From: Oscillospiraceae bacterium
GTDB lineage: Bacteria > Bacillota > Clostridia > Oscillospirales > Oscillospiraceae
Assembly: GCA_021771265.1 (NCBI GenBank)
Contig: JAETPK010000001.1
Coordinates: 1 to 59,289 of the forward strand
DNA: 59,289 nt
Reading direction: 5' to 3'
Part shown: piece by piece, positions 38,539 to 47,059 of the stretch
How positions within the stretch are numbered: position 1 is the first letter of the stretch
Layout of the letters: each line of letters opens with the position of its first letter
Made by a program: the position numbers and the translations under genes
The notes under the pieces: model-generated
Told to the model about the DNA's origin: nothing
Seen by the model: the letters and a program-made list of their open reading frames with translations, nothing else
The model's database searches: none

Positions 38539-38841
38539 TTACTCCTTCCAGTCGCCGCGGGCCCGCGCACTGTCCAGGTTGTGGACGTGGACGTAATCGC
38601 CCCGCTGAATATCCTTGGTGGCAATGCCGATGGATTCGCCGTACTTCAAGACGGTGCCGCCGCTGGGGATATCCCGCAGCGCCAGCTTGTGGCCGTAGGG
38701 AATGGCTTCATGGACGGGAATGGACTCCACACTGCCGTCCCGGGCCATGACCTCCACCACATCACCGGCGGATACCTCGGCGAAAATGGAAGCCACGTTA
38801 TCGGTGGGCTGCACCTGAACTGCGAGTTTTCGCTCCTGCAT
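38539..38841 (-). CDS. UxaA-family SAF-domain small subunit
   Basis: DNVA...IPYGHKLALRDI..G..VLKYGESIG.A..DI..G.YVHVHN. Confidence 0.88.
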   Translation of the reverse strand: MQERKLAVQVQPTDNVASIFAEVSAGDVVEVMARDGSVESIPVHEAIPYGHKLALRDIPSGGTVLKYGESIGIATKDIQRGDYVHVHNLDSARARGDWKE

Positions 38842-38857
38842 CGTGATGTTCCTCCTT

Positions 38858-40129
38858 TTATGATCTTACAATGACGGACACGCCGTCCGGAATGACGGTA
38901 ACGGATGCGTCGGGACCTTTCAGCCGGAAGGCCGTTTCCAGCGCCTGGTCAAAGCTGGCGGCGGCCAGGAAGCCCATGCGCTCCAGCTCTTTGGGGTCCA
39001 TGTGCTGGGTGACGATAATGATGGGATGCCGGAGCAGCAGCCTGGCGTAGATCTGGGCGCACCACTGCTCGGGGATGGACTCCTTGGGCGGAATGGCTTC
39101 AATGGTGTCCTTGATGACCTGGGGAGAGCCCAGGCGCATGAGCTTTTCAAAGTTGGTGCCGCCGATACCGTCGCACAGGGAGGCTCCCAGGATCAAAACG
39201 CCGTCCTCGCCGGCGCAGGCGGCGGCGGTGGATACGCCCTTGGGCGTCTGGTACAGGTTTTGATCCAGCGGATAGCCGCTGTTGGTGGTGATGACGATAT
39301 CGCTGGTTACCTTGTCCACACCGCACATATCCGACACAAAGGCACAGCCCTGGGCGTGGGCCTGGATGCAGTCGCCGGCAAAGGCGGCGACGATGTGTTT
39401 TTCCGCGTCCATGGCCACATTGAGAATGAAGGCCAGGCCCACCTTACGGGCCGCGTAAGCCATATCCTCATGAATGGGGTTCCCGTGCAGAACGCCGGTG
39501 GTGGCCAGAGGGCTGGCAATGGCCTTGGCGGAGTGGTTTTCATTGACGGTCTCCTGGGAGCAGATGCCCGGCAGGATGCTTTTGCGGCCGCCGCTGAAGC
39601 CGGCGAAGAAGTGAGGCTCGATAAAGCCCTCGGAAACGATAAGGTCGCTTTCCAGCGCCAGACGGTTGATGCTGAGCCCCGCGCCGGAGGGAAGCTGGCA
39701 GACATAGCGCATCTCCTCCGGCTGGAAGGCGTTGTGTACCACGATCCGTTCCCGGGCCACGATGTCGGGCCCAAAACGGTCCAGCAGCTCCTCCTGGGTG
39801 GTGGGGCGGTGGAGCCCGGTGGCGATCAGAATGGTGATGGAGGCGTCCGGCTGGCCCCTGCGGATATCCTCCAGCAGGATGGGCATGGTGATGCCGGAGG
39901 GCATGCTGCGGGTGTGGTCCGAGGTGATGACAAGGATATTCCGTTTGCCCTGTGCCAGAACGGACAGGGGCGGCGTTCCGATGGGGGCCGCCAAGGCATC
40001 ACGGACGATGTCGGCCTCTGAACGGTCTGAGTGGTATTCCTCCGCGTGGTTCACAAGGATGTGCTTGAGGTTTTTGTCAGGCACATGCAGCGGCAAAGTG
40101 CCCTTGTAATAAGGAAGTTGAAAGTCCAT
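38858..40129 (-). CDS. larA: Nickel-pincer-dependent lactate racemase family protein
   Basis: TSDHTR, ATGLHR, IEPHFFAGFSGGRKSILPG, NH, YPLDQNLYQTPKG and VIPDG. Confidence 0.88.
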   Translation of the reverse strand: MDFQLPYYKGTLPLHVPDKNLKHILVNHAEEYHSDRSEADIVRDALAAPIGTPPLSVLAQGKRNILVITSDHTRSMPSGITMPILLEDIRRGQPDASITILIATGLHRPTTQEELLDRFGPDIVARERIVVHNAFQPEEMRYVCQLPSGAGLSINRLALESDLIVSEGFIEPHFFAGFSGGRKSILPGICSQETVNENHSAKAIASPLATTGVLHGNPIHEDMAYAARKVGLAFILNVAMDAEKHIVAAFAGDCIQAHAQGCAFVSDMCGVDKVTSDIVITTNSGYPLDQNLYQTPKGVSTAAACAGEDGVLILGASLCDGIGGTNFEKLMRLGSPQVIKDTIEAIPPKESIPEQWCAQIYARLLLRHPIIIVTQHMDPKELERMGFLAAASFDQALETAFRLKGPDASVTVIPDGVSVIVRS

Positions 40130-40159
40130 GAGAGCCTCCTTTTTAAAATGTATTTATTT

Positions 40160-40174
40160 TGTATTTTAAATACA
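40160..40174. promoter_or_regulatory. Palindromic operator candidate at the larA promoter
   Basis: TGTATTT-T-AAATACA, just downstream of a minus-strand TTGACC, 17 bp, TATTAT promoter. Confidence 0.45.
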
Positions 40175-40296
40175 TAATACACTTTGTGACTGCCGCGGTC
40201 AATTGACAAAACGGGGAAAGTTCTCTGGGCGTTCTTGTACAAAAAGGAAAAACACGCACAAGGCCAGCTGGCCTTGTGCGTGTTCTCACAAAAAAA

Positions 40297-40977
40297 TCAA
40301 AAATTTGGCGGCGAAGAAACCTGGTTTTTCAGAATATACAGCACATTTTCCTTGGCGATGTCCAAATGCGTCTGCAAAATGGACGAGGCCTTTTCTGTGT
40401 CCCGCGCCAGCATTCCGTCAATGATGCCGATGTGCTCCGTGATGGAATCTTCATAGCGTTGGCGGGTACTGAGGGAAAACAGACGGACCGGCTGCAAATA
40501 CCCGTATACCCGGTCTGTGAGATCTTTGAGAAATTGGTTTCCGGAATAGATGATGATGCAGTTATGGAGCTCAATATCCAGCCGGATATAGGCGTCCATG
40601 TCTGTATATGTGCGGAAAGGTTCAAATTTGGCACGCAGCTCCAGCAGATAGCGGTCCTGCTCCTGGGTCAGCCGGGGGATGGCGCTGCGCAGGGCAAACT
40701 GTTCCAAAAGGCCCCGTACCTGAAAAATGTCCTCCACATTTCTGGGGGTCAGCACCTTCACGTAGAGCCCCTTTCCGGAGCCGCTTTCCAGCAGGCCGTC
40801 ATCCTTCAGCGTCTTCAGTGCCTCCCGGACGGGGGTCCTGCTGACCTGAAACAGTTCTGCCAGCTCACTTTCCTGCAGTTTACTCCCCTGGGGGATCTGG
40901 CCGCTGACGATCATGGATTTGATACCATCGTAGACCTGGTCCCGCACGGAGCGGATCTTGGGCACGGCTAGATCCAT
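40297..40977 (-). CDS. GntR-family regulator (FCD domain)
   Basis: VYDGIKSMIVSGQIPQGSKLQESELAELFQVSRTPVREAL, DIELH and EH. Confidence 0.92.
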   Translation of the reverse strand: MDLAVPKIRSVRDQVYDGIKSMIVSGQIPQGSKLQESELAELFQVSRTPVREALKTLKDDGLLESGSGKGLYVKVLTPRNVEDIFQVRGLLEQFALRSAIPRLTQEQDRYLLELRAKFEPFRTYTDMDAYIRLDIELHNCIIIYSGNQFLKDLTDRVYGYLQPVRLFSLSTRQRYEDSITEHIGIIDGMLARDTEKASSILQTHLDIAKENVLYILKNQVSSPPNF

Positions 40978-41145
40978 CCTCGGTCCTCCTCTTTTATTTT
41001 AATACATATATTATACCTGCGGCGCGTCTTCATTTCAAGAAAATAGTTGAGTGAAACAATAAAATATGATAAAATATCATATGCGTGAAAATGCGCGTGA
41101 AAATACAAAATCAGCTTGATAGAGAAGGGTAGAGAGGTGATCTTT

Positions 41146-41862
41146 GTGATCGGGAATCCCATGCAGCAGCCGCAGCGGAAGAGTTTGTCCCGTCAAGTCA
41201 TGGAGTCCATCGAAAAGCTGATCCTGGAGAAAGATTTAAAGCCAGGCGATGTGCTTCCAACGGAGACGCAGATCTCGGAGACGCTGCAGGTCAGCAAAAG
41301 CAGCGTCCGGGAGGCCGTTAAAATGCTGGAGGCCTTGGGCGTCGTGGAGATCCGGCGTGGATTGTGCACAGTTATCAGCGCCAACCCCGAGCAGGGATAT
41401 TTGAATGTGATGCTGTCCCACCTGTATTTGAACAGCGGAAACGAGGAGGAACTGCAGGTGTTCCGCCGGACAGTGGAATCCGCCTATACGACACTGGCCA
41501 TCGACACGGCGACAGAACAGGATCTGGCGGCGATCCAAGCGTCCCTGGCAGCATTCCGGGAGAAAAAGCGGTCCGGAGAGCTGACGGTGGATGACGATCT
41601 GGCATTCCACAGCCAGATTTTGCAGGCGACACACAATTCCTTTATGATCAGCTTGGGCGGTGCCTTGAATGAGCTGTTCCGGGAGACCATCGGCATTTCT
41701 ATTCGCTATAATCCTGAGATCGCGCTGGAGGACCATGAGAAGATCTGTGCCGCCATCCTGGCACGGGACAAGGACGCCGCTGTGGCGGCCATCTGGGAAA
41801 GCGCACGGCAGTGGGCTACCGCCTTCCGCCTCCGGGGCCAGGACGGAAACCTCGTCACTTGA
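41146..41862 (+). CDS. FadR/GntR-family regulator
   Basis: LKPGDVLPTETQISETLQVSKSSVREAVKMLEALGVVEIRRG, DLAFH and DHEKI. Start is GTG 41146 or ATG 41161. Confidence 0.9.
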   Translation: MIGNPMQQPQRKSLSRQVMESIEKLILEKDLKPGDVLPTETQISETLQVSKSSVREAVKMLEALGVVEIRRGLCTVISANPEQGYLNVMLSHLYLNSGNEEELQVFRRTVESAYTTLAIDTATEQDLAAIQASLAAFREKKRSGELTVDDDLAFHSQILQATHNSFMISLGGALNELFRETIGISIRYNPEIALEDHEKICAAILARDKDAAVAAIWESARQWATAFRLRGQDGNLVT

Positions 41863-41883
41863 TGGAAACAGAGCATACAGCAG

Positions 41884-41921
41884 ACAGGCCGAGGGAGGGG
41901 GGACCTCCTTCGGCCTGTTTT
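41884..41921 (+). terminator. Rho-independent terminator
   Basis: ACAGGCCGAGGGAGG...CCTCCTTCGGCCTGT followed by TTT. Confidence 0.7.
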
Positions 41922-41954
41922 CATAAATTTTGGCGAAAATACCCGAAAACGCTC

Positions 41955-42005
41955 TTGACAATTCCAGGGCATATGATATACTTAACACATCAGATGTCTT
42001 ATGTC
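41955..42005 (+). promoter_or_regulatory. Promoter and operator of the ilvC-like gene
   Basis: TTGACA (41955), 16 bp with TG, TATACT (41977). The palindrome ACATCAGATGT plus CTTATGTC at 41987-42005 covers the likely start site. Confidence 0.7.
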
Positions 42006-42053
42006 AAAGAATAAAACCAATTTTTTGTGAGCAAAATGAAGGAGGTTTTTCCT

Positions 42054-43052
42054 ATGGGAAAGGTTTATTATGACCGCGATGGACACATTGAGGCGATCCA
42101 GGACAAGGTGATTGCCATTATTGGCTATGGCAACCAGGGCCGCTCCCAGGCATTGAACATGCGTGATTCCGGTGTCAAGCACATCATTGTCGGCAGCATC
42201 CATGACAGCTCCTGGAACACCGCTAACGAGGATGGCTTTGAGACCTATTCCATCGCGGACGCCGCGAAGAAGGCGGATGTGGTCTTCCTGCTGCTGCCGG
42301 ATGAAGTGGCGCCTGAGATCTACGAGCGAGACATCGCCCCCAACCTGCACCCCGGTGCCGCTCTGAACTTTGCTTCCGGTTATAATATCACCTATGGCTT
42401 CATCAAGCCCGCCGCGGATCTGGATGTCATCATGGTGGCGCCCCGTATGATCGGCAAGGGTGTCCGTGAGACCTACGAGAACGGCACCGGCTTCCCCACC
42501 TTCGTGGTCATCAACCAGGATGCCACCGGCCATGCCCAGGAGATCGCGGTGGGTCTTGCCAAGGCGCTGGGCTCCACGAAGGCCGGCGCCATTGAGGTGA
42601 CCTTCAATGACGAGACCTATCTGGATCTGATGAGCGAGCAGGCCATCTGGCCCCTGATCATGAACGTGTTTGTGACGGCCTTTGACTTCTTCCAGGAGAA
42701 GGGGCTGCCTGCCGAGGCGATCCTGACGGAGATGTACATGTCCAAGGAGCCCATGGTCATGATGGAAAAGATGGCGGACATGGGCCTGTTCAAGCAGCTG
42801 CCGCTCCACAGCCGCACCAGCCAGTACGGCCAGATGTCCCGCTTCAAGATGGTGGACAACACCTCCATGCGGGCATTCATCGAGGAGCAGTACAACCGCA
42901 TCGTCGACGGCAGCTTCGCCCAGGAGTGGGAAGAGGTCAAGGCCGACGGCATGAAGAAGTTCGACGAGTTGCGGGCTGAGACGGAAAAGCTGCCCATCTC
43001 CATCGTGGAGGCGGAGGTCCGCAAGAACCTCTCCGGCGGCAAGGAAGGCTGA
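42054..43052 (+). CDS. Ketol-acid reductoisomerase (IlvC)-family protein, divergent
   Basis: IIGYGNQGRSQALNMRDSG, LLPDE, MVAPR, ETYLDLMSEQ and HSRTSQYG. Confidence 0.85.
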   Translation: MGKVYYDRDGHIEAIQDKVIAIIGYGNQGRSQALNMRDSGVKHIIVGSIHDSSWNTANEDGFETYSIADAAKKADVVFLLLPDEVAPEIYERDIAPNLHPGAALNFASGYNITYGFIKPAADLDVIMVAPRMIGKGVRETYENGTGFPTFVVINQDATGHAQEIAVGLAKALGSTKAGAIEVTFNDETYLDLMSEQAIWPLIMNVFVTAFDFFQEKGLPAEAILTEMYMSKEPMVMMEKMADMGLFKQLPLHSRTSQYGQMSRFKMVDNTSMRAFIEEQYNRIVDGSFAQEWEEVKADGMKKFDELRAETEKLPISIVEAEVRKNLSGGKEG

Positions 43053-43069
43053 GCGCTCCGCTTACAATG

Positions 43070-43113
43070 AAAAAACTCCGGCGGCTGTCAGATACAGCCG
43101 CCGGAATTTTTTT
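43070..43113. terminator. Bidirectional terminator
   Basis: A tract, TCCGGCGGCTGT-CAGAT-ACAGCCGCCGGA, T tract. Confidence 0.8.
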
Positions 43114-43126
43114 GAATGAAGCGCGG

Positions 43127-43789
43127 TCAAATAGACAGGCTTTCGCCGGGGCGCAGGACCTGAGCCTGGAAGCCCGCTGCCTGCACCGCGGCGGCAAAGG
43201 CCTCCGGGTCCTGGGCGATGGGAGGGAAGGTGTCGTAATGCATGGGAACGGTCAGCTTGGGGCGGATCATCTTCACTGCCCGCAGAGCGTCCGCAGGTCC
43301 CATGGTGAACACGTCACCGATGGGCAGCAGGGCCACGTCGATGTCCTCATCCGCCAGCAGGGCCATGTCCGTCATGAGAGCGGTGTCGCCGGCGTGGTAG
43401 ATTTTTTTGCCGCCCATCTCAAAAATGAAGCCGCAGGACAGGCACCCGGGAACGCCGCTGCCGTGGATGGCCTGGAAGAACTTGGCGGAGCCGAAAGGCA
43501 GAGGGATCCTGCCGCCCAGGTTGCCCACCTGGACCCGCACGCCGGCGGGACCGAACACCCCTTCCGCCAGGTCCACGGTGCAGCAGACTGTGGCGCCGGT
43601 GCGCTGGGCGATGGACACGGCGTCGCCGGTATGGTCACTGTGGCCGTGGGTCACAAAAATGAAGTCCGCCTCCACCTGGTCCGCCGGCACGGCCGCCAGG
43701 ACGTTGCCTGTCAGAAAGGGGTCCGTCAGGACCTTGTGCGTGCCGTCATCCAGCAGGAAGCAGGCATGGCCTAAAAATTGCAGTTTCAT
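43127..43789 (-). CDS. Metallo-beta-lactamase-fold hydrolase (UPF0173-like)
   Basis: FLGHACF, DPF, THGHSDH, YHAGDT, LPIGD.FTM and PMHYDTFP. Confidence 0.9.
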   Translation of the reverse strand: MKLQFLGHACFLLDDGTHKVLTDPFLTGNVLAAVPADQVEADFIFVTHGHSDHTGDAVSIAQRTGATVCCTVDLAEGVFGPAGVRVQVGNLGGRIPLPFGSAKFFQAIHGSGVPGCLSCGFIFEMGGKKIYHAGDTALMTDMALLADEDIDVALLPIGDVFTMGPADALRAVKMIRPKLTVPMHYDTFPPIAQDPEAFAAAVQAAGFQAQVLRPGESLSI

Positions 43790-43805
43790 GTGTCAAACCT
43801 CCGTT

Positions 43806-44966
43806 TCAGTCATCCAATGTCGTTCCGGCGTTGATGGTGCGAGCGATTTGGGAGGGCACCGGAGGGCAGCCCTTGCAAAAGGCGCGGCCCTCTCCCCGGA
43901 GCTTGGCGGTGCAATTGCCCACCAGCACCACCCGGCCGCCCTGACAGTCCTCCGCCGTGGCATCGCCGCCGAAGACGAGGGTGGCCTCCGGACCGTTCTC
44001 ATACTCCTGGTGATGGTAGCGGAAAAACTGCACCATGGCCGCGTGACAGGCGCTGCACGCGCCCTTGTCCACTACCCGGGGGTTGGGATAATGAAGGTGC
44101 AGGTCATGCTCCGACGCCAGCCGGAACCGGCGGGCCCATTTCAGGTAGTCCGCCGGATGCACACGGATGTCCGCCACATGCAGGCTGCGGTATTCCCGCA
44201 CCAAGTTCAGGTGGGGCACATCGTCCACCGCCATGCCCATGAGCTGGATGGCTGTCAGGTCGGCGGACAGGGCGTCATCTGACGCCAGCACCACACCCAG
44301 CTCCACCGGTGTGCCGCCGGAGGGGCCGAAGCCCTCCATGGCCACCACGCCGTCGGTGACCACATAATCAGGATAGCAGACTTTTGTCAGATCCACAATC
44401 CCGTAATCCAGACATTTTCCCTTGTGGATATCCGGCGGGGCCTGGTTGATGCGGTGAAGGCGGGTCTTGTCCTTTTGAAACAGGCAGCCCTTCATGTTTT
44501 TGATGCTGAGGGTAACGCCGGCATACATGTGAGTCTTCATCACCGGGACGGAAATGACCCGGTCCACCTCAAAGGGCAGGTTGGACATTTTCAGCCGGGA
44601 CACCATGATGGGGTCCGGGATCTCCTGCTCCCGCATGCCGCTGTCATCCAGATTCAGGCACTGGACGCCTTCCGCCTGACAGACATCCCAGATACCGGCG
44701 GATTTCAGAGCTTCCATGCTGTCCACGCCCACGATGGAGCTGTCACCCACATAGAGTTGCTTGGTGTTCCGTTCCTTGAAATAGCGGATCAGTCCCCGGA
44801 CCACCTCCGGGTGGGTGCAAAGGCCGCTGGCGGCGGGGCCCTTGAAGCCGGTGTTCACCTTCAGGAGGATGGACAGCTCCGCCGGGTCTTCATGGAATAC
44901 CTGGGAAATGGCGTCGTAAGCCATCTGGGCGGGGGACCCGCCCTGTACGACATATACATCTGGCAT
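43806..44966 (-). CDS. DUF362-family protein with C-terminal Cys-rich Fe-S region
   Basis: LLKVN...CTHPEV, GDSS, MKTH...TLSIKNMKGC, DG..AMEG.GP..G; C-terminal CSAC, GNC and GCPP. Confidence 0.8.
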   Translation of the reverse strand: MPDVYVVQGGSPAQMAYDAISQVFHEDPAELSILLKVNTGFKGPAASGLCTHPEVVRGLIRYFKERNTKQLYVGDSSIVGVDSMEALKSAGIWDVCQAEGVQCLNLDDSGMREQEIPDPIMVSRLKMSNLPFEVDRVISVPVMKTHMYAGVTLSIKNMKGCLFQKDKTRLHRINQAPPDIHKGKCLDYGIVDLTKVCYPDYVVTDGVVAMEGFGPSGGTPVELGVVLASDDALSADLTAIQLMGMAVDDVPHLNLVREYRSLHVADIRVHPADYLKWARRFRLASEHDLHLHYPNPRVVDKGACSACHAAMVQFFRYHHQEYENGPEATLVFGGDATAEDCQGGRVVLVGNCTAKLRGEGRAFCKGCPPVPSQIARTINAGTTLDD

Positions 44967-44986
44967 GAATGTGCTCCTTTGAAAAA

Positions 44987-46429
44987 TCAGTCTTTTTGAT
45001 CCAGCTCCTCCACCATACGCTGGATGTGGGCGGGGGGAGCCGGGGTCAGCAGGCTCACCAGGATGTGCACCACGGCGGTGACGGTGAAGGCCACGAAGGT
45101 GTAATGCAGCATGGTGTTCAGTCCGGCCTTGTACCAGGCGTACACCGCCACGAAGCCCACGATCATGCTGACCATGGCGCCCTCACGGGTGGCGCGCTTC
45201 CAGTAAAAGCCCAGGATCAGGATGGGGGCGAACACGGACAGGCCACCCCAGGCCCACCAGTTGACCCAGAGAATGCTGTCGAAGGGGTTGAAGGCGATGT
45301 AAATGGCGAAGGCACCGATAACCACGGAGGCGACGCGGGCCACCAGCAGCACCTCCTGATCGGTGGCCTGGCCTTTTTTCAGCATCTTGTTGTAAAAATC
45401 CTGGGTCACGGCGGTGGTGGCTACGTGGAGCAGGGCGTCCGCGGAGGACATGACAGCGGCCAGGATGGCGGCGGTGACGATGCCCACCAGCCAGCGGGGC
45501 GTATATTGGGTGATGAGCTGGATGAAGTTGGTGCTGGTGTTCTCACTGTTGGGGAAGAGGACGATGCAGCACAGGTTCACCAGGAAGGAGCCAAACAGCA
45601 GGAACACGCCGGTGGTGCCGGCAATGACGGCGCCCCGCTTGGAGGAGCCGGGGTCCTTCATGCCCATGAACATCTGCACGATCTGGGGCTGGCCCATATA
45701 GCCCAGCCAGCCGGCAGACAGCAGGCCTACGATGGTGATGGGATTGATCCAAGGGGAGGTGAGGGCCGGGTTCACGGCGGCAACCTCGTCCATGACGAAA
45801 CCCAGGCTGCCGGTGTTGCTGAAAGCCACGAACAAGCCCACGATGACGGCAAAGATCATCAGCATGCCCTGGACAAAGTCCGTCCAGGCCACGGCCAGCA
45901 GGCCGCCTGCGGAGGTGTACAGAATGACCACCACGGCGCCGATGAGAACGGACACCCGGTAGTCCAGCCCCAGCACCGCCTGGAAGGTGGTGCCGGCGGC
46001 CATGAGCTGAGAGCTCATGTACACGGTGATGCTGATGGCAATGATGACCGTGGCGATGGCCCGGATGAGCTTGCGGTCCTCGTCGTAATACCGGGCCTCG
46101 ATCAGGTCGATGAAGCTGCGGGCCTTGGTCATGACGGTGAACTTGGCCACCCGTCTGGCCATGACGAAGAAGTTGATGAAGGGGGCGAAGCCGGAGGAGA
46201 ACGCCGTCCAAATGGCGCCCATACCGGAGCCGGCCACCTGCTGGGACCAGGCGATGAACAGCCAGCCGCTGAGACCCGCGGCCTGGTGGGCGATGGCGGT
46301 GAGGGCGGAGCCGAAGCGGCTGCCGCCGATGAAGAAGTCCGCGGAGCTTTTCACGCTCTTTTTGGCCCGGTAGCCGATGAAGAGCATGGCGGCCATGTAA
46401 ATGGCAATGACCACAAGAATGACTGTCAT
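44987..46429 (-). CDS. Sodium:solute symporter (PutP-like)
   Basis: DFFIGG, SGWLF, YTSAGGLLAVAWTDFVQG, GYMGQPQI and AAVMSSAD; about 13 TMs. Confidence 0.9.
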   Translation of the reverse strand: MTVILVVIAIYMAAMLFIGYRAKKSVKSSADFFIGGSRFGSALTAIAHQAAGLSGWLFIAWSQQVAGSGMGAIWTAFSSGFAPFINFFVMARRVAKFTVMTKARSFIDLIEARYYDEDRKLIRAIATVIIAISITVYMSSQLMAAGTTFQAVLGLDYRVSVLIGAVVVILYTSAGGLLAVAWTDFVQGMLMIFAVIVGLFVAFSNTGSLGFVMDEVAAVNPALTSPWINPITIVGLLSAGWLGYMGQPQIVQMFMGMKDPGSSKRGAVIAGTTGVFLLFGSFLVNLCCIVLFPNSENTSTNFIQLITQYTPRWLVGIVTAAILAAVMSSADALLHVATTAVTQDFYNKMLKKGQATDQEVLLVARVASVVIGAFAIYIAFNPFDSILWVNWWAWGGLSVFAPILILGFYWKRATREGAMVSMIVGFVAVYAWYKAGLNTMLHYTFVAFTVTAVVHILVSLLTPAPPAHIQRMVEELDQKD

Positions 46430-46565
46430 AGGAAGGCCTCCTGTCTATACGCTTATCTTTGCCTATTTAAAGCTTTAAATGGACAGTCATCATTATAGCA
46501 CGGACACGGGAAAAGTAAATGGCATTTTGACAATTTTCGTAAAAGTGTCAAAAAACAGGCGCCTC

Positions 46566-46892
46566 CTACCGTTTTTTGTTATATTGGATCATGTGGTAGG
46601 TGCAGGTGCCGCTTAATAGAAAGAAAACCAGCATTTTGAGCAGCGCGCCCAAAAGCGGCAGCAGCACGGCGGCGACAGTGTCGGCGGGGCTGCCCGTCAG
46701 AGAAGCCAGCCACCAGCTGACCAGCGCGATCCCGTCGTAAAGGAACAGCTTCCCGCTGTTTTGCCGCACGTCCACCGGCGCTCCCGTTTTCATGGTTCGA
46801 TAGATACGGGACTGAAGGCGGCAATGGAAAAAGAGACTGAGCAGCGCGACGCCCATCAGCAGGACGTCGGTCAGCAGCAAAAGCGGACCCAT
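46566..46892 (-). CDS. Small hypothetical membrane protein
   Basis: Three hydrophobic segments; AAGGAG RBS 8 nt before the ATG at 46892. Confidence 0.55.
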   Translation of the reverse strand: MGPLLLLTDVLLMGVALLSLFFHCRLQSRIYRTMKTGAPVDVRQNSGKLFLYDGIALVSWWLASLTGSPADTVAAVLLPLLGALLKMLVFFLLSGTCTYHMIQYNKKR

Positions 46893-47059
46893 GTTCCCCA
46901 CTCCTTTCCGTTCCGCTTTAACGATTTATGATACCATATTCGGGAGCTGTCCGCAACAAAGCATCCTTGGATGCCGTCTTGTAATCCTGCGGAAAATACG
47001 TTATACTATTTTATTACGAATCAAACCGCCCCGGCGGGGCGGAGATGGAGGAACGATCC

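Noticed and set aside
37365-38841. Sulfolactate sulfo-lyase SuyAB assignment
   Set aside because: The motifs (PSVVCAN, HHQGC) fit general UxaA/GarD dehydratases, and no sulfite export or reduction genes are nearby. Left at family level.
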